Positions 53,333 to 61,728 are shown, counted from the first letter of the stretch. The stretch is DNA of 64,000 bases from Chromatiales bacterium (GCA_016789845.1 JAEUQA010000076.1:1780-65779), one strand, 5' to 3'. Made by a program: numbers and translations. The notes: generated by a model from the letters alone, not told the origin.

Positions 53333-54507
53333 CCGCTGGCCTTCACGGCGCTCTTCACCGCACTGAGGGGGGTGCTGCCGGTCTCCACGGGCGAGGCCGG
53401 CACCAGCGGCACGGATTCCAGCACCCAGCCCCGGGTCTCGCGCCGGGCGGGGGACGGGATGGCGTAGACCATGTCGCCCCGTTCGGCGGCCTTGCGGAGC
53501 GCCTCCGTGTCGATGCGCCAGCCCCGGCGGGTCCACTCGTCCAGGCTGTCCCGGTACAGGTAGATCACCTTGTCGGCGGGCATGAGCAGCTCCCGCGCGC
53601 GGGAGGGCGGCGTCTTCACGGGCTTCAGCTTCTCGATCACCACGCGATCCTGCTCGGCGATGGCGAAGTTGCGCTTGTTGACAATTTTGTCCACCCAGGT
53701 GGGCAGCAGCACGTTCCGCATGCAGATGAGGAAGATCTTCGTGTGGTACTCGTCGATGGGCGTTTCGAAGATGTACTGGTGGATCCAGCGGGTGGGCGTG
53801 AGGTGGATCTTCGTCCACATGTTGCTGGGGCCCACGTGGCCCGAGCCGGCCTCCAGGTCGCCGTCGTAGTTGCGGGCCCAGCGCATGACGGGGTTCTTGA
53901 TCGGCGGGGCCTGGAAATTGAGCATGAAGCCGAAGCCCCAGGGCGTGTTCTCGATGGTCGGGTCGCCGACCTTGTAGTCCTCCTTCTCGCCCGAGTAGCC
54001 GTGGGTCGGGTGGACGAACTCGTTGTGGGCCGGGTCGAGGCCGTTCTCGATGTTCCGCTCGTAATTGGATTCCCACGCGTAGTCCATGATCGTGTGGCGC
54101 CAGCCCGGCTGGCCGTACTCCGGGACCTCCAGGATCGGCGGGCGCTCGGCCGCGGGCAGGTCGCCGAGGAAGACGTGGATCAGCCCGTAGCGCTCCTCGA
54201 CCGGGTAGGCGTCGATCCGGCCCCGCTGGGGCACCCGGTTCTCGCTGCCGGGGCCGAGTGACGGGATCTTGCGCACGTGCCCTTCGCCGTTGAAGTGCCA
54301 GCCGTGGTAGGGGCAGGTGACGCAGTCGCCCTTCACCTTGCCCTCCGAGAGCGAGGCGCCCCGGTGGATGCAGGTGTCGCTGAGCGCGTGGGCCCGGCCC
54401 TGGCTGTCCCGGAACAGGACGATGTCGTGACCGAGCATGCGCACCTTCCGGGGCGCGGTGGTCAGGTTGTGGCTCCAGTCGGCGGCGTACCAGAAATTGA
54501 TGTACAT
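53329..54507 (-). CDS. Rieske [2Fe-2S] non-heme-iron oxygenase alpha-type subunit
   Basis: MYINFWYAA...; CIHRGASLSEG...CPYHGWHF; ENGLDPAHNEFVH. Start chosen at ATG 54507 (the track start 54570 lies inside a palindrome). Confidence 0.85.
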   Translation of the reverse strand: MYINFWYAADWSHNLTTAPRKVRMLGHDIVLFRDSQGRAHALSDTCIHRGASLSEGKVKGDCVTCPYHGWHFNGEGHVRKIPSLGPGSENRVPQRGRIDAYPVEERYGLIHVFLGDLPAAERPPILEVPEYGQPGWRHTIMDYAWESNYERNIENGLDPAHNEFVHPTHGYSGEKEDYKVGDPTIENTPWGFGFMLNFQAPPIKNPVMRWARNYDGDLEAGSGHVGPSNMWTKIHLTPTRWIHQYIFETPIDEYHTKIFLICMRNVLLPTWVDKIVNKRNFAIAEQDRVVIEKLKPVKTPPSRARELLMPADKVIYLYRDSLDEWTRRGWRIDTEALRKAAERGDMVYAIPSPARRETRGWVLESVPLVPASPVETGSTPLSAVKSAVKASG

Positions 54508-54562
54508 GGCGGGTTTCCAGTGGGGACCTGGACCGTTTCGCCCGTTCGAAGGCCGCGGATTC

Positions 54563-54607
54563 GGGGCCATGCCTCATTTTGGCAGTGCCAAAATGAGGCA
54601 TGGCCCC
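54563..54607. repeat. 45-bp perfect palindrome (22-nt arms) directly downstream of the uup stop
   Basis: GGGGCCATGCCTCATTTTGGCA-g-TGCCAAAATGAGGCATGGCCCC. Confidence 0.9.
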
Positions 54608-54608
54608 G

Positions 54609-56516
54609 TCAGGCCCGGTCCTTCATCTCTTCGAGTTCCAGCCAGCGGGCCGTCACCTGCTCGTGTTCCTGCTGCTTGGCCCGCAGCGCGTCCAGGACGG
54701 GCACGGTCTCGTGCCAGGCCTTGTCGTAGAAGCCCTTCGCGGCGGTCTGGCGCTCCAGGGCCCTGATCTCGGCTTCCAGGGCCTCGATCCTCGGGGGCAG
54801 CGAGTCCAGTTCCCGCTGGTCCTTGTAGCTGAGGCGCCGGGCCTGCCGCGCCGCCTGCTTGCGCTTCTCCGAGGCGGTGACGGGGGGCTCGATGCCCTTC
54901 TGGGCGTGGGGATTGTCGGTCTCGGCCAGGGGGCGGCCCTGGCGCAGCCAGTCGGTGTAGCCGCCCACGTAGCGCTCGATGTGGCCCCCGGGCTCGAAGG
55001 CGAAGACGCTGGTGACGACCGAGTCCAGGAACATCCGGTCGTGGCTGACCACGATCAGCGTGCCCTTGTACTCGTCGAGCCGGTCCTCGAGGACCTCAAG
55101 GGTCTCCACGTCCAGGTCGTTGGTGGGCTCGTCGAGGATCAGGAAGTTGGTGGGCTTCGTGAACAGCCGGGCCAGGATCACCCGGTTCCGCTCGCCGCCG
55201 GACAGGGACTTGACGGGCGTCATCGCCCGCTTGGCGCTGAACAGGAAGCCGCGCAGATAGCCGATGACGTGCCGGTCGTGGCCGTTGATCTTCACGTAGT
55301 CGCTGCCATTGCCCACGATGTAGGCCACGCTCTTCTCCGGGTCGAGGGTTTCCCGCAGCTGGCCGAAGTAGCCGATCTCCAGCGCGGTGCCCTCCTTGAT
55401 CGTGCCCTCCCGCGGCTTGATCTCACCCAGGAGGATCCTGAGAAGCGTGCTCTTGCCCACGCCGTTGTTGCCCAGCAGGCCGATCCGGTCGCCCCGCGTG
55501 ATCTTGCAGGAGAAGTCCTTGATGAGTTCCTCGCCGCGAAAGCCGTGGGTGATGTGCTTCGCCTCGATCACATTGCGGCCCGACTGCTCCGCCGTCTCGA
55601 TGGAGATCTGCGCCCGGTTGAGCGGCGTCAGGCGGGCCGCGTACTCCTGGCGGAGGGACTCGAGGCGCCGGACGCGATTCTGGTTGCGGTGGCGCCGGGC
55701 CTTCACCCCCTGGCGGATCCAGATCTCCTCCTCGTCCAGCTTCTTGTCGAAGAGCTTCCTGGCCGTGGCCTCGTCCTCGAGCATCTTCTCCTTGCGCTCC
55801 AGGTACTCGTCGTAGCTGCCAGGGAAGCTGAGCAGCCGGCCCCGGTCCAGTTCGCAGATGCGCGTGGCGAGCTTGTCGAGGAAGGCCCGGTCGTGGGTGA
55901 TGAACAGCACCGCGCCCTGCCAGGAGCGGATGCGGTTCTCCAGCCACTGGATCGTGATGATGTCCAGGTGGTTGGTGGGCTCGTCGAGGAGCAGGAGGTC
56001 GGGCTTGCTGATCAGGGCCTTGGCGAGGCCGACGCGCCGGCGCCAGCCGCCCGACAGCTCGCCGATGGGCTGGTCCGGCGGCAGCATCATCTCGGTCATC
56101 ATGAGCTCGACACGCTGGTCGATGCGCCAGCCATCCAGCTCGTCGATGCGGTGCTGGAGATCGTCGAGCCGCTTCAGGCCCGCCTTGTCGAGCTGCTGGT
56201 GGGCGAGCTGCTCGTACTCGTCTACGAGGGCCCGGAGGTCGGCCAGGCCGTCGGCCACCACTTCCCGCACCGTGGCTTCCAGGGCTTCCGGCAACTCCTG
56301 CTCGAGGGTGCTCATCACCAGCCCGTTGCGGTACTGGATCAGGCCGCTGTCCGGCTGCACGACGCCAGTGATCAGGCGGAAGAGGGAGGTCTTGCCGGTG
56401 CCGTTGCGGCCGATCAGGCACACCCGCTCGCCCGGGTCGATTTCGAAATCGACATGGACCAGCAGCTTCTGCTCGCCGTAGGCAAGCGAAACGTCATCAA
56501 GGCGGACGAGGGACAT
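54609..56516 (-). CDS. uup: ABC-F family ATPase Uup
   Basis: 635 aa, the same length as E. coli Uup. Two ABC cassettes (GRNGTGKT, LSGGW..R, LLLDEPTNHLD; GNNGVGKST, LSGGERNR, LILDEPTNDLD) and a C-terminal coiled coil. Confidence 0.9.
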   Translation of the reverse strand: MSLVRLDDVSLAYGEQKLLVHVDFEIDPGERVCLIGRNGTGKTSLFRLITGVVQPDSGLIQYRNGLVMSTLEQELPEALEATVREVVADGLADLRALVDEYEQLAHQQLDKAGLKRLDDLQHRIDELDGWRIDQRVELMMTEMMLPPDQPIGELSGGWRRRVGLAKALISKPDLLLLDEPTNHLDIITIQWLENRIRSWQGAVLFITHDRAFLDKLATRICELDRGRLLSFPGSYDEYLERKEKMLEDEATARKLFDKKLDEEEIWIRQGVKARRHRNQNRVRRLESLRQEYAARLTPLNRAQISIETAEQSGRNVIEAKHITHGFRGEELIKDFSCKITRGDRIGLLGNNGVGKSTLLRILLGEIKPREGTIKEGTALEIGYFGQLRETLDPEKSVAYIVGNGSDYVKINGHDRHVIGYLRGFLFSAKRAMTPVKSLSGGERNRVILARLFTKPTNFLILDEPTNDLDVETLEVLEDRLDEYKGTLIVVSHDRMFLDSVVTSVFAFEPGGHIERYVGGYTDWLRQGRPLAETDNPHAQKGIEPPVTASEKRKQAARQARRLSYKDQRELDSLPPRIEALEAEIRALERQTAAKGFYDKAWHETVPVLDALRAKQQEHEQVTARWLELEEMKDRA

Positions 56517-56565
56517 GGTGCGCGGGGGTGGCTTCCGAAAACGTGCCGCGCATTATACTGGCCGG

Positions 56566-56642
56566 AGAGGCACCGGGTTTGGCATCTGGGCATTTGCGCG
56601 GCCTTGCCGCGCAAATGCCCAGATGCCAAACCCGGTGCCTCT
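56566..56642. repeat. 77-bp perfect palindrome (37-nt arms, 3-nt loop) in the divergent uup/SDR intergenic region
   Basis: 56566-56602 (AGAGGCACCGGGTTTGGCATCTGGGCATTTGCGCGGC) is the exact reverse complement of 56606-56642. Confidence 0.9.
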
Positions 56643-56654
56643 GGAATGTAGCCG

Positions 56655-57557
56655 ATGGCCGTCTTCAACAAGAATTCCACCGCGGAAGAAGTCACCGCCG
56701 GGCTGGACCTGGCCGGCCGGACGGCGCTGGTCACGGGGGCGACCTCCGGCATCGGCCTCGAGACAGCGCGGGTCCTGGCCCTGCGCGGGGCCCACGTGCT
56801 GGTCGCCGGACGCACCCTGGACAAGGCCCGGGCGGCCTGCGCCGCCATTCCCGGCCGGGCCACCCCCCTGGCCTGTGAGCTGGAGGATTTCGACGGGGTG
56901 GCCGAATGCGCTGCCCGCGTGAACCAGCTGGGCGTGCCCCTGGACATGCTGATCTGCAACGCGGGGATCATGGCGCCGCCGACACTGCAACTGGTTCGCG
57001 GCCTCGAGAAGCAGTTCGTCGCCAACCACCTGGGCCACTTCCTCCTCGTGAACCGGCTGCTCGATGCCGTCCGGGCGGCGCCCGCCGGCCGGATCGTGAT
57101 GGTGAGCAGCAGCGCCCACAAGTGGGCGCCTCCCGGCGGCATCGCCTTCAATAACCTGACGGGCGACAAGGGCTATGAGCCGCGGGCGTTCTACGGGCAG
57201 TCGAAGCTGGCCAACGCGCTGGTGGCGCGGGAACTGGCCAGGCGGCTCAGGGGCAGGCCGGCCACCGCCAACGCGGTGCACCCCGGCCTGATCATCACGA
57301 ATATCATCCGCTACATCCCCAGGTGGCAGCAGCTGCTGGCTCCCATGGTTGGCCCGTTGCTCCGCTCGCGGATCAAGACGACGCCCCAGGGCGCGGCGAC
57401 CACCTGCTACGTGGCTGCCCACCCGGACGTGGCGGCGGCCAGCGGGCGGTATTCCGCCGACTGCGCGGTGGCGACGCCGGCGAAGGTGATGGAAGACGAC
57501 GCGCTGGCGGCGCGGCTGTGGACGGAGTCGGAGCGCCTCGTGAGGAGCTGGTTGTGA
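56655..57557 (+). CDS. SDR-family oxidoreductase (retinol-dehydrogenase-like)
   Basis: ALVTGATSGIGLETA, CNAG, YGQSK. Confidence 0.85.
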   Translation: MAVFNKNSTAEEVTAGLDLAGRTALVTGATSGIGLETARVLALRGAHVLVAGRTLDKARAACAAIPGRATPLACELEDFDGVAECAARVNQLGVPLDMLICNAGIMAPPTLQLVRGLEKQFVANHLGHFLLVNRLLDAVRAAPAGRIVMVSSSAHKWAPPGGIAFNNLTGDKGYEPRAFYGQSKLANALVARELARRLRGRPATANAVHPGLIITNIIRYIPRWQQLLAPMVGPLLRSRIKTTPQGAATTCYVAAHPDVAAASGRYSADCAVATPAKVMEDDALAARLWTESERLVRSWL

Positions 57558-58120
57558 TCAGGAAGCTGCTTTGTTGTGCCGTTCTTGTGCTGACCGCGGC
57601 CGCGGTCGACGCGGCTCCAGTGCCGGACACCGACCGCGTGCCCATCGATCTCCGCCGCACCACGCTCATCGTGCGGGACATGGAGAACTCCCTGCGCTTC
57701 TACCGGGACGCGCTGGGCCTGAAGGTGGTCTACGACAACGTCATCCGCACCCCGCGCACGGCCGCTACTGACGCCGCCGCCCAGCGTTCCCTGCGCCTCG
57801 TCTTCGTGCAGGCCAACGACGATTTCATCGGCATCATCGGCCTGATCGAGTACCGGAAGCCGCTGAAGCAGCCGCCGGTCGCGGTGCCGGAAGCCTTCAG
57901 CATCGGCACCAGCGTGCTGCTGTTCAATGCGAAGGACCTGGATGGCACCTTCGCGAAGGCCCGGGCCGTGCCCGGCGTGACCATCGTGGAGGAGCCCGTG
58001 GAGACCACCTACCCGGGCTACGACGGCCAGCCGCCGATCCCGGTGCGCGTGAGCACCCTCCGCGACCCGGACGGCTTCACCGTCGAGCTGAATCAGCTCC
58101 TGGTCGATAAAGTGCGGTAG
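57554..58120 (+). CDS. VOC (glyoxalase/bleomycin-resistance fold) protein with a signal peptide
   Basis: GTGA overlap with the SDR stop; VIRKLLCCAVLVLTAAAVDA; TTLIVRDMENSLRFYRDALGL. Confidence 0.7.
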   Translation: MIRKLLCCAVLVLTAAAVDAAPVPDTDRVPIDLRRTTLIVRDMENSLRFYRDALGLKVVYDNVIRTPRTAATDAAAQRSLRLVFVQANDDFIGIIGLIEYRKPLKQPPVAVPEAFSIGTSVLLFNAKDLDGTFAKARAVPGVTIVEEPVETTYPGYDGQPPIPVRVSTLRDPDGFTVELNQLLVDKVR

Positions 58121-58127
58121 TTGCCAC

Positions 58128-58152
58128 CTGCAGGAGCGGCTTCAGCCGCGAC
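58128..58152 (+). repeat. Degenerate REP-like unit CTGCAGGAGCGGCTTCAGCCGCGAC
   Basis: Same architecture as the GTAG-REP with stem GCGGC/GCCGC; its inverted counterpart is at 58592-58614. Confidence 0.6.
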
Positions 58153-58156
58153 CCCC

Positions 58157-58570
58157 ATGACCCCGACCGACGACCTCATCCGTTCCACCCTGCAGAAGGT
58201 CCGCACCATCGCCGTGGTCGGCGCCTCGGACAAGCCCCACCGGGCCTCCCACGGCGTGATGCGCTTCCTGCAGGGTCGCGGCTACCGGTGCATTCCGGTC
58301 AATCCGAAACTGGCAGGCCAGACGCTGCTCGGTGAAACCGTCCAGGCGGATCTCAAGTCGATCACCGCGCCCGTCGACATGGTGGACGTGTTCCGCAATT
58401 CAACCGACGCGGGCCCCGTGGTCGACGAGGCCATCGCCATCGGCGCAAAGATCGTGTGGATGCAGCTCGGTGTGATGAACCCGGAGGCGGCGGAGCGGGG
58501 CTGCGCGGCCGGGCTCACGGTGATCATGGACCGGTGCCCGGCCATCGAGATCCCGCGGCTGGGGCTGTAG
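58157..58570 (+). CDS. CoA-binding domain protein (YccU-like)
   Basis: [21 protein letters not shown]...GYRCIPVNP...VDVFR; 137 aa. Confidence 0.85.
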   Translation: MTPTDDLIRSTLQKVRTIAVVGASDKPHRASHGVMRFLQGRGYRCIPVNPKLAGQTLLGETVQADLKSITAPVDMVDVFRNSTDAGPVVDEAIAIGAKIVWMQLGVMNPEAAERGCAAGLTVIMDRCPAIEIPRLGL

Positions 58571-58614
58571 GAGCGCCGACCGGCGCGACAAGTCGCGGCT
58601 GAAGCCGCTCCTGC
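58567..58614. repeat. REP inverted pair (GTAG unit + inverted variant unit)
   Basis: GTAGGAGCGCCGACCGGCGCGAC-aa-GTCGCGGCTGAAGCCGCTCCTGC. TAG 58568-58570 is the stop of the CoA-binding gene. Confidence 0.8.
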
Positions 58615-58622
58615 GCGTGGGA

Positions 58623-59750
58623 TCAATACCCGCGCGCGGTATCCACTACCGACAGCAGCCGCTCGCCCGCCACGTACCGCCGCGTGTTCTCCTGGGCCAG
58701 CAGGAACACCCGGGCAAAGACCCGGTCGGACGTCGCTGCCACGTGGGGCGTGATGATGACGTTCGGCAGCTGCCAGAGCGGGTGGTCGGCGGGCAGCGGC
58801 TCCGGCTCGGTAACGTCCAGTCCGGCGCCGGCCAGCTGCCCCGACCGGAGCGCGGCGACGAGGTCGTCCTGCACCACGCTCTTCCCGCGACCCACGTTGA
58901 TGAAGTAACCGCCCGGCTTCATGGCGGCGAAGAACTTCGCGTCGAAGAGCTTCTCGGTCGTGGGCAGGAGCGGCGTGCAGTTGACCACTACGTCGGCCTG
59001 GCCCGCCAGTTTCAGCAGCTCGTCGGGCTTGCCCACGTAGTCGACGAAGGAGGGCTTCGCCGCAACGGAGGCGCGGGTGGCGATCACCCGCATGCCGAGG
59101 CCGCGCGCGCGTTCGGCCAGCTCCGTGCCGATGCCGCCGAGGCCCACCACGAGCATGGTGCGGTCCTTCAGCTCCCACATGGATGGCATGGGAAACGCGG
59201 ACTGGTCCCAGCGGGCCTGCTTCTGCTGCGGGAGCCAGGTATTGAGGCCCCGGGTGAAGGCCAGCAGCATCGCCAGCGAGTGCTCCGCGATTTCCGGGCC
59301 CGAGATGCGCTGCATGTTGGTGACGACGATGCCCCGCTGGCGGACCTCCGGGATCGCCGAGCAGGGCCCGGCGCCGGCGGTGAAGAGCTGGATCCAGCGC
59401 AGCCGCTTCCCTGCGGCGACGATGTCGGGCTCGCAGAAGCCGATCAGCGCGTCCGCGTCGGCGATCAGGGCCAGCGCCGCGGCTTCGTCCTTTGCGGCAA
59501 CGAATTCGACGCCCGGGGCGACCTGCTGGAAGGCGGCGAGCCGGGCAGGGGACTCGGCTCGGACGACGATGCGGCGGGGCTTGCGCCAGCCCTGCGACTC
59601 CCGGACCGGCCGCGGGGCTTCCTTCAGGTCCAGCTCGGCGATCATGCTGGTGACAGCCGGATTCATTTCATTCGACTGATCTGCGGCAACAGCGGCAACA
59701 GGAACCGCAGCCACCAGGGCCGCCCACGCAAGAAGATGACTGCGCTTCAC
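58623..59750 (-). CDS. D-isomer-specific 2-hydroxyacid dehydrogenase family protein with an N-terminal signal peptide
   Basis: GTG 59750 (GTGA overlap with the upstream stop) gives VKRSHLLAWAALVAAVPVAAVAAD; GLGGIGTELA NAD motif; INVGRG; PNVIITPHVA. Confidence 0.8.
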   Translation of the reverse strand: MKRSHLLAWAALVAAVPVAAVAADQSNEMNPAVTSMIAELDLKEAPRPVRESQGWRKPRRIVVRAESPARLAAFQQVAPGVEFVAAKDEAAALALIADADALIGFCEPDIVAAGKRLRWIQLFTAGAGPCSAIPEVRQRGIVVTNMQRISGPEIAEHSLAMLLAFTRGLNTWLPQQKQARWDQSAFPMPSMWELKDRTMLVVGLGGIGTELAERARGLGMRVIATRASVAAKPSFVDYVGKPDELLKLAGQADVVVNCTPLLPTTEKLFDAKFFAAMKPGGYFINVGRGKSVVQDDLVAALRSGQLAGAGLDVTEPEPLPADHPLWQLPNVIITPHVAATSDRVFARVFLLAQENTRRYVAGERLLSVVDTARGY

Positions 59751-60733
59751 TTGTGGTCTCCTTCGATCAGTTCGAGCCACTCGCCCGCAGGGCCCTCGGT
59801 CACGGCCACCCGCCGGCCGCCGTAGGGAATGCCGCCGGCCGTGCGCGGCGGGGCGCGCACCGGCACCGGCACGTCGTCCAGGTCCCGCACCAGGAAGCTG
59901 ACCATCGCCATGCCGGGCGGCAGGTGCCCGTCCCGTCGCTGACGGGGGCCCACCCCGGGCGGGTACTGGTCCATCTCCACCAGGAAGCTGCGCCCGGGAA
60001 TCCGCGCGATGGAGGTCGGGAACACGGTGGACGGTGGCACGCCGCAGCCGTGGGCGAGGATGGTGTTGATGAAGGGCATGCGGTCCATGATCCGGTGCCC
60101 GAGCGTGCCGCCGTAGAACGCGTGCATCGCCTCCGACGACGGCCCGCCGACGGTGACGATGAACACCCGGTCCACGGGGGAGCGGGCGCCGTGGAGCCCG
60201 TAGCGGCTGCCGCCCGGCAGGATGCGGGTGAAGTAGATCAGCTCGCCGGAAGGGCCGACGACCTGCATCGCGCGGGGCGCCCGGGGCCTCGGGTACAGGT
60301 CGCCCGGCCCGCCGAGCACCCGGAACGGCGACCCGCGGAAGCGGAGGGCGAGGGCGTCCACGTCCAGCACCAGCAGCTCGGTGGCGTTCCAGCCGAAGGT
60401 CATCGGCGGGCCGTAGCCGCCGGGGTCCGACGTCTCGACGAAGCGTATATAAGACTCCTGGCCGCTGGCCGGGGCCAGGGTGCAGTAGCGCTGGCCCGCG
60501 GCAGCGGGAGCGTTCCACGCGGCGCAGAGGTCGGCGCCGAGCTCGCCGCGCTCCACGACCCGGTAGCCGAGATACTGCGTCCACGCCGCGACGACCGCGT
60601 CGAGATCCGGCACGCAGTGGGTGACGATGGCGATGTGCCGGAGCAGCTTGGCGCGTTCCTCCAGGCCGGAATACTCCGTCGCCGTCCCGGCGCCGCTGAC
60701 CGTCGCGTTCACGTGCTCATGCCCTCGGCGCAT
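59747..60733 (-). CDS. VOC-fold-like hypothetical enzyme
   Basis: 328 aa; HIAIVTHCVPDLD... glyoxalase-like start. GTG 60712 is an alternative start that avoids overlap with srkA. Confidence 0.5.
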   Translation of the reverse strand: MRRGHEHVNATVSGAGTATEYSGLEERAKLLRHIAIVTHCVPDLDAVVAAWTQYLGYRVVERGELGADLCAAWNAPAAAGQRYCTLAPASGQESYIRFVETSDPGGYGPPMTFGWNATELLVLDVDALALRFRGSPFRVLGGPGDLYPRPRAPRAMQVVGPSGELIYFTRILPGGSRYGLHGARSPVDRVFIVTVGGPSSEAMHAFYGGTLGHRIMDRMPFINTILAHGCGVPPSTVFPTSIARIPGRSFLVEMDQYPPGVGPRQRRDGHLPPGMAMVSFLVRDLDDVPVPVRAPPRTAGGIPYGGRRVAVTEGPAGEWLELIEGDHK

Positions 60734-61721
60734 CCCAGCGCAGCGGCTCCTCGTCCATCAGGGCGATCTGCTCGCGCAGCGCCAGCACGTGCTCGTCCCA
60801 GTAGCGCTGGCCGCCGAACCAGGGAAAGGCGACCTGGAACGCCGGGTCCTCCCAGCGGCGGGCGAGCCAGGCGGCGTAATGCATGATGCGCAGCGTGCGC
60901 AGCGCCTCGATCAGGTTCAGCTCGGCGCCGTCGAACTCCCGGAACTCGGTGTAGCCTGCCAGCAGCTCGGCGAGTTGCGGCGTCTGCTCGCGGCGGTCGC
61001 CGGAGAGGAACATCCACAGGTCCTGCACTGCCGGTCCCGTGCAGGTATCGTCGAAGTCCACGATGTGCAGGACCTGGTCGAGCACCAGCACGTTGCCGGG
61101 GTGGAAGTCCCCGTGGAGGCGCAGCTCCCGGGGATCGCCCGCCCGGTCGTAGCACTGCTCCACGCGATCGAGCGCCGCGTCGCAGACGCTCTCGTAGGCG
61201 GGGCGGATGTCGTCGGGGATGAAGCCGGCGTCCAGGAGGTACTCGCGCGAGGTTTCACCGTAGGAATGAATCGAGAGGTGGGGCCGGTGCTGGAAGGAGG
61301 CGCGCTGCCCGCACAGGTGGATGCGGGCCACGAACCTGCCGAGCTGCCGCAGCAGCTGCAGGTCGTCGAGTTCGGGCGCGCGGCCGCCGAAGCACGGGTA
61401 CACGGCGAAGCGGAACGCGCCCCGGTGATGCAGCGTGCAGCCGTCCCGGTCGAAGGGCGCGGCCACCGGGATCTCCTCCGCGGCGAGTTCCAGCGTGAAG
61501 TCGTGCTCCTCCTGGATCGCCGCGTCGGACCAGCGGCCCGGGCGGTAGAACTTGGGCACCACGGGCGGACCGTCCTCGATGCCGACCCGGTACACCCGGT
61601 TCTCGTAGCTGTTCAGCGTGAGCAGCCGGCCGTCGCAGCGGAACCCGAGGCTTTCCACGGAGGAGAGGATGTCGTCGGGCGACAGGTCCTGGTAGGCGAG
61701 GGTGTCTTCGGCGGTGCTCAC
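60717..61721 (-). CDS. srkA: Stress-response Ser/Thr kinase SrkA (YihE)
   Basis: LNSYENRVYRV, KFYRPGRW, LHGDFHPGNVL, DFDD...GPAVQDLWM and WEDPAFQVAFPWF are collinear with E. coli YihE as I remember it. Confidence 0.85.
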   Translation of the reverse strand: MSTAEDTLAYQDLSPDDILSSVESLGFRCDGRLLTLNSYENRVYRVGIEDGPPVVPKFYRPGRWSDAAIQEEHDFTLELAAEEIPVAAPFDRDGCTLHHRGAFRFAVYPCFGGRAPELDDLQLLRQLGRFVARIHLCGQRASFQHRPHLSIHSYGETSREYLLDAGFIPDDIRPAYESVCDAALDRVEQCYDRAGDPRELRLHGDFHPGNVLVLDQVLHIVDFDDTCTGPAVQDLWMFLSGDRREQTPQLAELLAGYTEFREFDGAELNLIEALRTLRIMHYAAWLARRWEDPAFQVAFPWFGGQRYWDEHVLALREQIALMDEEPLRWDAPRA

Positions 61722-61728
61722 TCGCGCG

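Noticed and set aside
56566-56642. Sigma-54 promoter (TGGCA...TTGC) inside the 77-bp palindrome, given the enhancer-binding protein fragment at the window start
   Set aside because: In TGGCATCTGGGCATTTGC the GG and GC elements are about 15 nt apart rather than the roughly 10 nt the -24/-12 consensus requires. Other TGGCAC occurrences (for example 38934) lack a TTGC at the right distance.
58128-58614. CoA-binding gene bracketed by inverted REP-like units, which resembles a small composite mobile unit
   Set aside because: The flanking sequences are ordinary members or variants of the REP family seen throughout the window. I saw no transposase, target-site duplication or compositional shift.
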